A DNA stretch of 62,684 nt, the filler included, from Choristocarpus tenellus KU-1152 (Eukaryota > Protista > Phaeophyceae): NCBI GenBank assembly GCA_964200185.2. It is 13 parts of 13 records of this genome, joined end to end, with 100 filler letters (N's around TTAATTAATTAA, not from the genome) between each part and the next. Parts side by side here need not be neighbours in the genome. Positions count along the whole stretch, not along the records: positions 1 to 5,816 come from CAXNAD020009682.1; positions 5,917 to 22,018 come from CAXNAD020000877.1; 11 more parts are not named here. The stretch is one strand, 5' to 3'. Every line of letters starts with the position of its first letter. The first letter of the stretch is position 1. Under the pieces are notes generated by a model, which searched no databases, was not told the DNA's origin, and was given only the letters and a program-made list of their open reading frames with translations. Positions 1-12,200 of this stretch are shown here, in pieces. The position numbers were made by a program, and so were the translations under genes.

Positions 1-417
1 GGGGGGGGGGGGTCTAAATGTGCAGTTAATGAGAACATATAATTTTTTAGTGTTTTTGTTCAAATTTATTTATATATATATCCGAATTCGTTTTTCTCAA
101 CCAAACACTTCACGATGAATCCTCACCACCAAAAACATGTAGGGCAATTAAAAAGTTGTTACCACAATTTTTTTTTAATATTCATAATTTAGCACCCCAG
201 AGGGTCTGAGAGCAGTCCTGGGCAAGCAATACCAACTAGTGTTCTGGACTACATATATATTTTACGTTACAATATTATTTGGTATATATTGAGATTATGA
301 AACTGTCGTGAGAAGAGAGACAGAGTGCATAACCGTGCCTATCATACCTAGCTCACGTTAGAGGATCCCTGAGTGATGATTGTCTTGGTACAAAAGGATG
401 TTTCCTTTGTTGATATA

Positions 418-1740
418 CTCCCTCTGTCCGTAAGTCTGCCACGTTAAGGGTGTAACTTCTCGAGATTATCCCCTGCATAAAAATGGTTTTTAACATTGGA
501 TTCCTTGATGTTTTCTACCTGGACTTCATTGCTTGTTGCTTTCCTTGTGCCCATCAATCCACCAATCCACGTTTGCATCGAAAGTCTTCTGTCTTACTGA
601 ATTTGGCACACTCCCTTTTCGCTGCCTTTTCTTAGTTCCGCTGTGCCGTACCCCGAAATCATTGCCCTTGACTGCTTAAAGAGGCTCTGCCACACCCTCT
701 CTAAAGCACCTGCGCCGTACATGCTCTTTACCCCACTAACAAGGTCGTCTATCGTACCGTAACAATCCCTGTAAACTCTACCTTTTAGGGATGCCAACAA
801 CCCCAAATCGCTGATATTGAGATTGGGTAACTGCGCGGGCTGCGCCACGAGCTTGACGTTTCACCCCCCCTCCCTCGTGGCTTCGTTGAGATTCCGCGGC
901 GTATCTTTTCCCGTATAGGGGGTCGCTCTGTCCTACGGCACGACCAACTCCTTACCCTCCAACCACGGCATTTTCCCCTTTAAAGCGGGGAGAAAAGTCT
1001 CTACATACCACACTCGGTACCACTCGGCGTTGATGGTCACATCGAAGTCGTACTGCTGCCTCCTCTCAAAGCGGGCCGAATTTCTGTGTGCCTGCTTGAT
1101 GATACAAACACACCAGATTCCGATCCTGCTGTCGAAATCGCGGAAAGGATCTGGGCTCGAAACTACGCAGATAAGCATCACGATAGGAATGTGACTCTCG
1201 TGTTGTACCTTGGTGGAGCCCACCCTTTCCTCCCTTGCCTAAATAACCTTTCAGAAGTCGTTTCTTACCGGGAGGTAGCCTAAAGCGTAGGGTACGACCA
1301 ATGCATTTCGACCCTCCTCTCTCAGCTCGTTTTGACCTTGGCTCGATGAGCTCTTGGCGAAAGACGGCCGAGTCGCTGGAGTGTCCATATTGAACACGGG
1401 ACTCACGTCGCAGAACGTCTGGAGGCTAAGAGAGAGTTGTACGACTCATGGCGAGGTACTGAGAGGTTGTATGACGATGGGAGGGCGTTGTACCTGCCGC
1501 GGGGTGCAGCGCACCCACTGAAAATGGGATCGAAAAGGATCGTTTTTTCGATTCCATCTCTCGGAGCAGGTTCAGAACTATTTCGGAACAAAATGCAAAA
1601 ACCAAAAACCAAAAATCCCCTCCCACAAATATATCTAGAGCTTCAATTTGAAGCATACACCACCAGGAAAGTTTTCAAATTCGTGAAGAAACGGCCAAAA
1701 CAAAAAGTGAAAATTACTTGTGGGACAGAGAGAGAGGGAA
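418..1740 (-). mobile_element. Internally deleted Tc1/mariner (DD39D/Stowaway-type) DNA transposon
   Basis: TA at 416-417 then CTCCCTCTGTCC (418-429), the canonical DD39D/Stowaway terminus. The other end reads GGGACAGAG(AGAGAG)GGAA followed by TA (1722-1742). A decayed transposase lies between. Confidence 0.85.
594..1223 (-). pseudogene. mariner (DD39D-type) transposase fragments
   Basis: Segments SHIPIVMLICVV..FDSRIGIW, LPALKGKMPW..LVVP*DRATPY (decayed QQDNA.PH) and AQPAQLPNLNISDLGLLASL (decayed QP.NSPDLN.LDLG). Contains a stop and frameshifts. Confidence 0.85.
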
Positions 1741-2006
1741 TATAAGATTAGAGTGTACACACAGACGTTGGTGTTTGGTCTCTACACTAGGCTGATTAGC
1801 CAAGCACAGTTGAGTGCAATGCACACCGGCCATCACAAACTCTGTTGTATACCTTGAGGATACCTTCAACGGAAGAAATAAGACAACAGAACAATGCTGA
1901 TGATATTTAAATAGTAGTCTGTGACATGCCTTTCTATAGTCTAATACCACCCATGCATTGCTGTCTGTCACAGTAGTAGTTAGCTACTCCAAACAGTCTC
2001 TGCAGT

Positions 2007-2264
2007 GAGTGAAAGTATCTTGAAGGGTACGAGTTTTGCCCTGTTTGTCCATATGGGGCTTGGCTTTCCTCGAGGTTTTTTATGACATTTTCCTACTCCG
2101 AAATAGTTCGGAGTAGGTAAATGTGTATGTTATGAAAAGGTGTGTCCAGAACAAGGATATATAAACTTCCTAACAAGCATGATAGACAAAATTACATCGA
2201 AATTGCAGCATTGGGGTTTGGTCTCCAAATGGACGCGACTCTACCCTCTAAGATACTTTGGCTC
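2007..2264. mobile_element. MITE family A, complete copy (258 bp)
   Basis: TIRs GAGTGAAAGTATCT...AGATACTTTGGCTC, 3-bp TSD AGT (2004-2006 and 2265-2267). Body matches the copies at 4406, 4885, 42566 and 47601. Confidence 0.9.
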
Positions 2265-2858
2265 AGTTTCAATGGGGTGTCCATGTGTGTCCTGGCACCT
2301 GTTAACAACAACACATACCCCAATCCACCCATCCTCGGCACGAATAAGATCTGTGTACCTCTATATTGTTAAAAATGGGCAGTATACCTCTTTGCTACTT
2401 ACGCTAACAAATTGGAAGCACTGTGACTGGTCGAGGGGTGTAACGAATTCATGCCCAACTCTACACACTTTGCCCTGAAATAAAGTGTAAGACTAGCAAA
2501 TGTACCACATTTCACCAACGCGTGTGAACTGTACGGAATCGGACTTGTAGAAGAATGACTGATACCATGGTCCAAAGCATCATTCGTCTCCCCCCCGTTG
2601 AAAATCTCGTCACTGCATGTCTTTGCACAGATTCTAAAAGTACTCACCGAATATTAATGATTCGATACGAATTCACTTCAACTCACCTAACCATGTTTCA
2701 ATTTACAAACAGGATCACACTATGTATGTATTTATGTGTTCACACCCCTAGAGCCTTTTGATCGAGAGTGTCACTGCAAAGTGGAAAGGGAATGGAGACA
2801 GTAAGAAGTTACATCCTGATCACATGCCTGTCTTTGTTCTTGTGGTTGTTTCTTGCAG

Positions 2859-5752
2859 GTGACTTTCTCAAGATACCGCCAGACATTCGAAGGCCTTGGG
2901 TTCCCCCAGCTTGGTAAGCCTGAGGAGAGGGGGGCACTGAAGGTGGACTTCAAGGTTCGCCATCCTGGCCCTAGCTTTCCCCCTTGTTTTTCCATTTGTT
3001 GTCCAGTAATAGCACATAGTAGTGGTAGTGTACTGGTCAAAGGAAAAAAGTGTAGAATTGATGGAGTTGTGGAATGGTATGACTGTGCAAGAAACCTACA
3101 GAAAACATTTGTGCACAAGGTTAAGCTGCAATAACCCATATCCTTAACATTACTCATTTGCCTAAACCCTATCAATGTAGCTGCTCAGAGATGCTGCACA
3201 ACCTATTCTTACAAGGCAAATGTGTTTTATTGCATGGCATCAAGGTGATTCCGAGAGTAAAAGGGGTAGAAGTCAATGCAGGGTGTACTGCATCCTATTG
3301 GTTTGCTCGGTACAAATGAGAGTTTTACTAGTCTAGCAATGTATCCTACCCCCTTGACCTTTGACTAGACTCTTGTTACAAGCTAGATATTATCAAGTGT
3401 AACTCCTATTAATCGAACCTCTAGAAGGGGTGTTCGATGCATACTGATAAATAGTGATTGACTAGTCCAACAGATCCAAACACCAGGGGAGTGAGATAAA
3501 GCTTCTACTGCTTGCCGCAGTGGCCAATAACACTGAAAAACAGCTGAAAGTTGTCTTATATGTGCAATACCTTTGGGACCATGGTGTGGACACGAGAAAT
3601 CGTTTCAAGATTGTGAGGGAGCAGCAAGTTGACTACAACTATGTACTTCGCTGTAGTGCTTTTTTAAAAATGAACAATGATTACAACTGAGTCAGGGTCA
3701 TGATCCAGGATGATCCCAACTCCTACAGACAAGAACGTTAGTACTTAGCACTTTCATCGAGAACCCCTGTTTCAGTAACTTTGTTCCAAGCCAACACAAA
3801 TAAATTGTTGTCTAGTATGATATTCCATTTATCCCTCCATTGAAACTGGGGGTGCCCTTCAAAAAAGTGCTTAACAATACCTCAATTCTCGTGTTAGCAA
3901 CCTGACACGAAACACACTTTCTAATTTTCCTCAAGGTTATTTTTCCACGACGATTCACTGATTTCCAACTTGAGATCCTTGGCCGTGTGCTTACTGAGGA
4001 GGAGCTGGGGGTGCTGGAGGATGTTCTAAGACTCATGTGGGGCAAGGTAAGGAAGGACATGCATAACCCTTGAATAGCTAATCATGATGCAGAATTAAGA
4101 GGTGTGATGGAAGCCGTTGCATAAAGAATTCTTTATGGCAGACCCAAAGTATCTGGGGGTGGGGGTGGGGGGGGGTCTACACCAGGGTGTCCATTTGGAC
4201 CAAAATCAGGAAAAGTGCATTTACGTTATCCATTAGATGTATTCAACCAAATCACCCAATAATCGTGACATGAAACAATTGACAGCAAATGGACAGTCAC
4301 AACCCCCCCCCCAGATACTTTGAGCCGCAGCTTCATTCAATACATGGACTGTTGAGGAAAGGAACCTATTCCTTCCCTATTGCGGAAGGTACATATATTT
4401 TACTTGAGTGAAAGTATCTTAGAGAGTACAAGTTTTGCCCTATTTTTCCGTTTGGGGCTTGGCTTCTCATGGGGTTTTTACAACATTTTCCTACTCCAAA
4501 ATATTTCGGAGTAGGTAAAATGTATACACCATGAAAAGGTGTTTCCGGAACTAGGAGACTGACACTTCCTAACAAACACGATAGCCAAAATTACATCAAA
4601 ATCGCAACATTGAATTGTGGCCCCCAAATGGACGTAGCTCTACCCTCTAAGATACCTACTACTGTGAGGGTTGATATCTTTTTTTTATTTCAAGAGATGT
4701 AATGCATTCACTAAGCGTCTTTATTAAGAATATGCAATAAGATGAATGGTTTGCACCTCTGATTGTACACAAGGGTTGTGCTCTCTGTATCATGCACCGC
4801 CTACCATGCAATTGCAACACCCCATAACAATGCATTCCCGATTCACCTTGTACACTGCTGGATGTGCAAATGCAACTTCTAATTGAGTGAAAGTATCTTA
4901 GAGGGTACGAGTTTTTCCCTGTTTTTCCATTTGGGACTTGGCTTCCCATGGGTTCTTTTATGACATTTTCTTACTCCAAAATGTCTAGGAGTAGGTAAAG
5001 TGTATATGTTATGAAAAAGTGTGTCCGGAACATGGATATTGATACTTCCTAACAAACACGATAGTCAAAATTACATCAAAATCGCAACATCATCATTGAA
5101 TTTTGGCCCCCAAATGGATGTGGCTCTACCCTCTAAGATACTTTGACTCATTATTCTTATTACTATGAAAATTACTACGATATTATTTTGAAGTGTAGAT
5201 ATTACTAATTCAATATTAGCCGATCTTCTCAAACTCGTGGTCAGAGGTATCACAAGAAGAAAAGGATAAGATGTAGAAGTGTGCAGAAAGAGACTTACAT
5301 AGTGCAAAAAGGTTCAACCACGATAATCACTAGGTGCACCTATCCATTCCAGAAAGCTCCACCTTCAAGGTCCGATTCCCACAGTAAAGTTGCCTGCTGT
5401 TCAAACTCAACTTCCACCGCAAGCAAGCTCCTTCCTTCTAAGCAGAGAAGAGAGCCGAATGCTTCCATTCCCCCCCCCAAAAAAAAATAAAAATAAATAT
5501 ATATATAATTTTTTCATTTTTCCATTTTTATTATTATTGTTGCATTGGGCTTGGATCTCGCTGACCCAGCAAGCAACCTGAGACGTACGTGCCTTTCCAT
5601 TGCTTTCACAGGAGTCGGTGATGATAGATGCAGAGGAGATGGAATACTGTCGCCAGTGTGGTTTTTACAGCAATCGTGGTGTGGATCCATACTTTTGCCT
5701 GATTGACCCAATGTGGTGGACTTGGCTACCACAAGAAGAAGATGAAGATTAA
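2859..5752 (+). CDS. DnaJ/Hsp40 (DnaJ_C domain) protein, three 3' exons (5'-partial)
   Basis: GT-AG phase-0 exons 2859-2954 (..EGLGFPQLGKPEERGALKVDFK), 3936-4046 (VIFPRRFTDFQLEILGRVL..) and 5612-5752 (..QEEDED*). The pattern G.G.P....P..RG.L.V.F.V.FP matches the end of the DnaJ C-terminal domain. Confidence 0.75.
4141..4326. mobile_element. MITE family B, complete copy (186 bp, G/C-tract subtermini)
   Basis: GACCCAAAGTATCTGGGGG...CCCCCAGATACTTTGAGCC, TSD GCA (4138-4140 and 4327-4329). Lies in a DnaJ intron. Confidence 0.9.
4406..4655. mobile_element. MITE family A, right TIR truncated
   Basis: Starts GAGTGAAAGTATCTTAGAG, body like 2007-2264, ends at TACCCTCTAAGATAC. Confidence 0.85.
4885..5149. 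mobile_element. MITE family A, complete copy
   Basis: GAGTGAAAGTATCTTAGAGGGTA...TACCCTCTAAGATACTTTGACTC, TSD ATT (4882-4884 and 5150-5152). Confidence 0.9.
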
Positions 5753-5816
5753 TCAGTGGCGATGATGGGAAAACGAGCATGCTTTTTGGCTCAAAGTATC
5801 TGGGAGGGGGTGGCGG

Positions 5817-5916
5817 NNNNNNNNNNNNNNNNNNNNNNNNNNNNNNNNNNNNNNNNNNNNTTAATTAATTAANNNNNNNNNNNNNNNNNNNNNNNNNNNN
5901 NNNNNNNNNNNNNNNN
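5817..5916. other. Artificial contig linker (N44-TTAATTAATTAA-N44), first of 12
   Basis: Identical 100-bp linkers also at 22019-22118, 24887-24986, 28988-29087, 32215-32314, 35806-35905, 40319-40418, 45688-45787, 49292-49391, 51985-52084, 55188-55287 and 59376-59475. The 12-mer puts stops in all six frames. Confidence 0.99.
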
Positions 5917-7041
5917 GCCAACATGAAAAAATTGCCCCCAAATGGCCAGCCCCCCCCCCCCCCCCCCCCCAGATACTTTGAGTCTTCTGTAACTCCTGCT
6001 GCTTCCCATTGAATTGTAAGCATTGAGTACTGGATTTTTTTAGTTTTTAGCTTTAGCTTTTTTTGCACACTGCATGCCACCATTCTACATGCACACATAG
6101 TACTCACCATGTTACATCTGATGCAGAATGTTTTTGTTCTAGAGGTGGAATGAGGGCTGGAAGTTGGAGTTGTCTGTCGTGCCACCCACTTCAAGCCTCC
6201 ATCAATAACTCTAACATCACACTTTGATCTACAGCATAAATGGTCATTACTGTACTCTGGTGTAGTATGCAGCCATGGCATCCATTCTGTTGATGTAACA
6301 TAGGTGTTGGGAATGTGTGTGAGGCTATAGATGATCAGTGTCACCCCCTTTCTTTGCCATGATTATTTGAATTTCTCCCACTAGTATTTGGGATGGAATG
6401 AAGGAGGTTAAGGGTGGGACCTCAGTAAGATAATGAGGGAAGCAGGTGGGTGATGGATAGAACGGCACCAACAAGGACCCATGAAAGTTGGAGTTATCAC
6501 GGTGAATTTGGCATTGAAACAAAAAAGGATTGCTAGGTGAGTACTCCTTACATCAGCTTGGTGGCATCCCAGCAATTCCATTGCAACAGATAAATCTCTT
6601 GATGTAGGGCTCCAATATTATTGTATTACCAATATATTTTACTACTGCTGTAACAACCATACATTTGGAGTAGTATTGAGAATAAAATAAATAAAAATAT
6701 GAATGACTAAAAACTCTCAAGAAACTAATGTTCTATTGTTCCAACCACTTTGACAAATATATGTATATATACTTGAGTATATTTATAAATACCTAAGGTC
6801 GCAGCGTGCAACTATTTACTATTTCCATGAACTTTGGACAAAATAGTGGTAGGTGCTGGAGATGATTTTACCTTCCTCCTAAGAAACAAGAACACACCTT
6901 GCATACTACAGAGGCTATTTTCCAGTATGACATGCCTCATCACTGCTATTACCAGTGAAATAGTAGAGTAGTATTATAGTATTTAGAACAAAGCATTATA
7001 GGAAAAGGTGTATCATGTATACTTATCATAAAAGTCGAAGA

Positions 7042-7360
7042 GACCCATAGTATCTTAGAGGGGGAGGTGTTCAGTCAGGGTCAAAAATGGACGCCGGCAC
7101 CCCCCCCCCCATATACTTTGATCCTCCAGGTTGTCCATCCGGGGCTTGATGGGGTGTTGTAAAATGCCCCAGTTTGATGTCCGTGTTGTGATTGAATTTC
7201 CTTTGGATTTGGTTCAGGCAGGGGAATGGAAAAGGAAGGTGTGTTCAGATGAAGTAGAATGCCCTTACGTCTGACATGTTCACTAATATGACACGGAAAT
7301 CACTACAGGTTCGTAAGGCCCCGAATGGACACCTCAACCACCCCTAGGATACTATGGGTC
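7042..7360. mobile_element. MITE family C (319 bp)
   Basis: Perfect 13-bp TIR GACCCATAGTATC / GATACTATGGGTC, flanks AGA and ACA. Contains an internal family-B-like right end at about 7085-7124. Confidence 0.75.
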
Positions 7361-9297
7361 ACAGTTACTGTGAATTAATTATGAAGTGAATCATATAGCA
7401 CAGCTCACTTCATGCATGATGGATCTCATGGTGTTGCAAGCTGTAGTAGTAATAAAATGAGTAGTGCAATGAATGTGCATATAAGTGTATCACACTTGAT
7501 GTATGCACACAATGCAGCCACATCAACATTTCTGCTACTATACTTTAAGTAGGTACTGTTAGTTGTCATAGCGAAGGCTAGAGAATAGAATAGAACAAGC
7601 ATATACTGGAGCATTATATGATATCCCACCTCCCAGTCGCTCGTGAATTTTATTTTGGGTCTTCATATACGCACACACTAATAATACAAACTTTGACTCA
7701 ATTTGCGAATTTGAAATCCGTTTACTACCATTTGCAGGTGGTTTGAAGTGCTTGTTTTCACCATCTTAAGAGTTAAGCAGTAGAGGTAATATTGATATGA
7801 CCAACAAAAACTTGTCAGTACAATACTTTATAATAGTAGTAGTGCCATTTACAAGATTTTCACACCCCAAAAATGTTTGCATACCCTTACTGGCCCTCCT
7901 TACCTACTATCCGGACTGGCCTTCCAGATGTTCCCAACCCAATGAAAAGCATCCCGAAATATTACCATGTTCGAGTTAGCCCTCACCTGTTGCTGCGTTT
8001 GGACTACTTGGATAATTGTCGTTGTCTAAAAAATCATACTGCTACTGCATTGCCTTGATATACAGTGTGCTCCAAAAAGGTCCTTTGACAGGGCAGGATG
8101 CCATTAAAAAAAAGATGAAACAAAAAAAGGGTACAAAATGCACTTTAGGATCAAGGCCTTGATCATGCATCTTCCTCTCTGCACGAGTAAACGCCATCAA
8201 TTTCCTTTACTAAACCAAGAACCCTGCACCAGCAAATGGACCTAAGGCTGTCAGTCTGCTTGGTAACTTACCAAGGTGGCTTGCTGAAGGAGATCATTTG
8301 TTTAAAATTCATCTTGATGATGCAGCCAGCTGCCCTATCAGCAAGTGCAACCCAGTCGATCAGAATCCACCAATACAGACAAGAAAAGGTGCCCACTATT
8401 CCACTGTACAAGAAAGTCACGCGACTTTCTCCCCCGGAGGAACAGTGGTGTCTCAATATTCGACAAAATCAGAGGCTGGGAGTCTACCCAGCATAATCCG
8501 CTGGCCATCACCCCACCAGTAACATGCTTTCCCCAAGCAGTCATCTCAATATTTGTGTTTCCCCTTGAGTCCATCCCTGGACCCCTCCCTTACTTCATCT
8601 CCATCCCCCTGCTGTAGGGAGTCAGGAAAGCGGTAAGGCCAAGATTCGATCACACCACCTTTGGTTTTCTCGAATCTTGTCATGTCACTGTTACACCAGA
8701 CCAGACAGTGGTGTGTATATCAACATTTGACACCCGCATGTACAAGTTGTTATGATGTTACTGCATGTAGCCGGGACTTAGAAGGCACCTCTGGAGCCTG
8801 AGGTTAGTGAGAGTAGTAGGCCTAATTTGGTGCTCCAGGCAGGGTCAGCCCTTATAAAACCTTACTCTCAGGCCTAGATTGAATATGTAAGAAAAGCAAG
8901 AAAAAACGGATCTGATCATGGTCCTGATGATTCTTAGTGTAGTAGACTTATGGTTTCTGGTGGTTTTGTCCAAAGCACAAAAACGGGCAGAGGAGCAACG
9001 ATTAAGGTCTCTTCCTCTAGTCCAACTGTATGCATTATTGCAAGAAAGCTAAAAGATTTTCTCATTTGTTGCCCTCCTTTGCCAACCTGAAATATGTGAT
9101 GACTCCCCTACACATCACTTCAATTGTACTACATACCACTTCACTTCACTTCACCTATAAGAGTCATTCTCTTGGGAAAGCTGAGTTTCACTGTCACCAG
9201 CTTGTAAGCAAAATTGAAAGATCCAAGCACCATGGCATATATTTCAGCATTGCATACAAGTGCAGAGCCTTCCTAAAACTGAATAAATCTATCTGAA

Positions 9298-12200
9298 CTA
9301 GAACAGCTTCTCGGCTTGATCAATGGCTTCCATATCTGCAAAGAACTCGAGCATTCTGTCACAAACACCAAAGCAAAAACCACAACAGAGATAGAAGGAT
9401 AGTTACACCCACCCCAGATGAATACAACGCAGCAACCAGTTTGTCGTTGCCATATAGTAAACAGAGAAACAGCCATTCCCATGGGAAGGCAAGGCAAGGT
9501 AAACAGGCAGGCAGGCAGGCAATAGGGTGTTGCACAGGCATTGAGTCAGGGGAAGTGAAATCTACTGGGCAGCAAGAAAAGTGCTGAAACAGGCACCACA
9601 GGTAAATTGAATTTCTGCTCTGTAACAAGCTAATGGACTCAGGTTTCACCAGTCCCATATGCACTCGAATTCTTGAAGTAAAACAATAGTGGTACTGCCA
9701 CAATGAGTTGGTGTCAAGAAGCAATGCCTGATGACCATGATGACCATGAAAACATGACGAGAGTGGATTGATTCCTTAACATTGGTCAATTCCTAGGGGA
9801 GGGGGAGGAGGGTCAACAAATTCCACTATATCCTGCAAACATGAATACTGTATATATGAAAGGTCCAAAATTCTCTCATGAATTCTTTCAAGGCCATGAA
9901 AACCCAAGGCAAGATCTGTCCACATACTCTCACCAAAAAGGACTACGGCATGCAGTTGAGGTTCTATTCTCAAGGTGCACTATGAACACAAAAAATTGTC
10001 ACATTGCATCAGCCGGAGTCCCCATTGTAGGCTGATATCAAAGAACATTGGTGTGAGGGAGAGGTAAAGTAACATTGAGCTACTGCAAATGTCAAAAACC
10101 ACTAAAACACGAGAAAAAGGCTGTACTAGCTCTACGGTCAACTGACCTGTTGTCCCCGCCACCCTTTTCCATCTTTCGGACTACTTCAGCAATGGTTGTT
10201 ACCTGCCATGCCAGCAAACATCAGGGCAGGATATGTATGGGAGGTGGGGGAGGTGGGGGGGGGAGGGGTAAAGAGAAAGGGAGAACTATTTACGTTAAAA
10301 GCAAAAATCCTGAAGCATAGGCGTGATAAACATGTTACAAAACTGCTGTAGCATTTGAAGTTTGCATTCAAATACATTCAAATGCATTACACAGCGGCTC
10401 AATCTCTATCCACAATGGACTTTGCTCAGAAAGGTGCTTGAAGGGTCAAGGTTTTGGGGATTAATCCCTGAAGATTTTCAGAGGGTAACAACAGTAGAAT
10501 CACCCAATCACGTGATAGGATGGTGAAGCCTCAAACAAATGGCCCATAAGCATGCTCTTAAAATAGTTTCAAGGAGAAGATTGGATACCACATCATACTT
10601 CTCTGAGGGGGAAAGGACCAGGGAGGAGCACTTGCCTGCACCCTTGGGGCAGCTGCACTTTTGCTCCCAGATGCCTTGAGACGTTCCCAGCTTGTCTCCA
10701 GATCGGAATAGTTGGTGAAGAGAGGGATCTAAACAGCCATCAATGGGCACCACAAACCGATGTAATGCAATCCCAACAGCAATGAGGGTGGGGGTGAGAC
10801 TTGTTCCAGGCACATCATGGAGGGGGGAGGTTTATCGATTCGTTTTTTGTTGTAGAAATGTGATTTAGATCTTGGTTGCACTATTAGAGCCTCAGCTAAA
10901 CAAATGAAGAGGAAACATTGCCTTACACCGCATGCTACCATGAGAGCTCAACAATACACTATGTGACAAATCGCCTCATCTGCCACACACAATTCGCATA
11001 CCTTGATCCTCCCCACTCCTTGGAAGGCGAGGGTATCTGCTATCCATACAGGAACGTCATCCTTCTGTATTTCAACCAGAGTTTCTTGTAACTGGGACGA
11101 ACCAAAGCATAGGAGCAACACAGAAGTGACAACAGTCAGGAGTCTCATCACAATGATTGACTGTGGATTGTGGGGGTAGACCTGTGTTGGACATGATTGG
11201 AATCATTTTGCCAACAAGATTTAATTTTTTCTATGAAGTTCAAATGTGAGGACTCTGGACGACCTACGAGTTCATGCATCTATTTTGGCTATGGTGATAG
11301 GATAGAGTGGCAAAGCACTGTAGGGGCTACTTTGACCATCACTACCATAGAGGCAAAGCAGTGATAGAGTTGTAAGAGTGCACTCGGCATCAACCAGATG
11401 CTCTTTGGTCAAGTGACCACAGCTCTACAGCAGCAGGTAGTGCAACTGATACTTCAAGATGAGATAAAAATCACAGCTATAGGTTGTAACTATAGTATTA
11501 GTAACTGCATAAGCTGCGGTAAATGCTAAACAACACCATGCACACATACAAAGTAGTGGACAAAGTCGCTCACATTGACATTACAAAACACAAACAACGT
11601 TACAGGAATTTTCTTCATTCAGACATGCATAAAGTGGAGAAACAGGTGTACAAATACCCTATAATTGGATGCACCTCTCCTCTGTATCATGATGATCACG
11701 ATCACCTTGGAGGCCTTTTCCAGTTGTTCTGAGCGGGCCACGAGGTGGTACTTAGCGGAGGTGTCACTTATGCCTGATGTTTCAGCACCAACAGGTTTTG
11801 CATTAGCCCCCTTCTTGAGCACCAGTGGGAAAAATACGTCATCCAGGGTGGTTGCGGCAACCTGGATGGACAAAGATGACATCACAAAAAAACACCTTTT
11901 AACTCCCTTGATGGGAAACCTTTGCATGCAATTTTTTTTCGTGCAGTTGCTTAGTTGCCCAGATGGTCAAAGTCTTGACAATAGACTTCTACAAGGGCAT
12001 CCAGAGTGCTATGCATCTATGTTGATGGAGTACATCTCGGCCCAACCAGAGAGCAGGAGAACAAGGGCAGGGAGGGAAGGGATAGAGAAGGAGCACAACT
12101 TTGTGGACACTAGGAGATATGGCCTTACACAGTATTGCCTTTGCCAATGTTTGGTATGTAACGTTTAGTAGTCCAGTAGAATGATAATGGTTATATACCT

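Noticed and set aside
2007-2264. MITEs as derivatives of the Sola2-like element (GAG termini)
   Set aside because: Observed TSDs are consistently 3 bp, not the 4 bp expected for Sola, and the Sola2-like element's own ends are not in the window.
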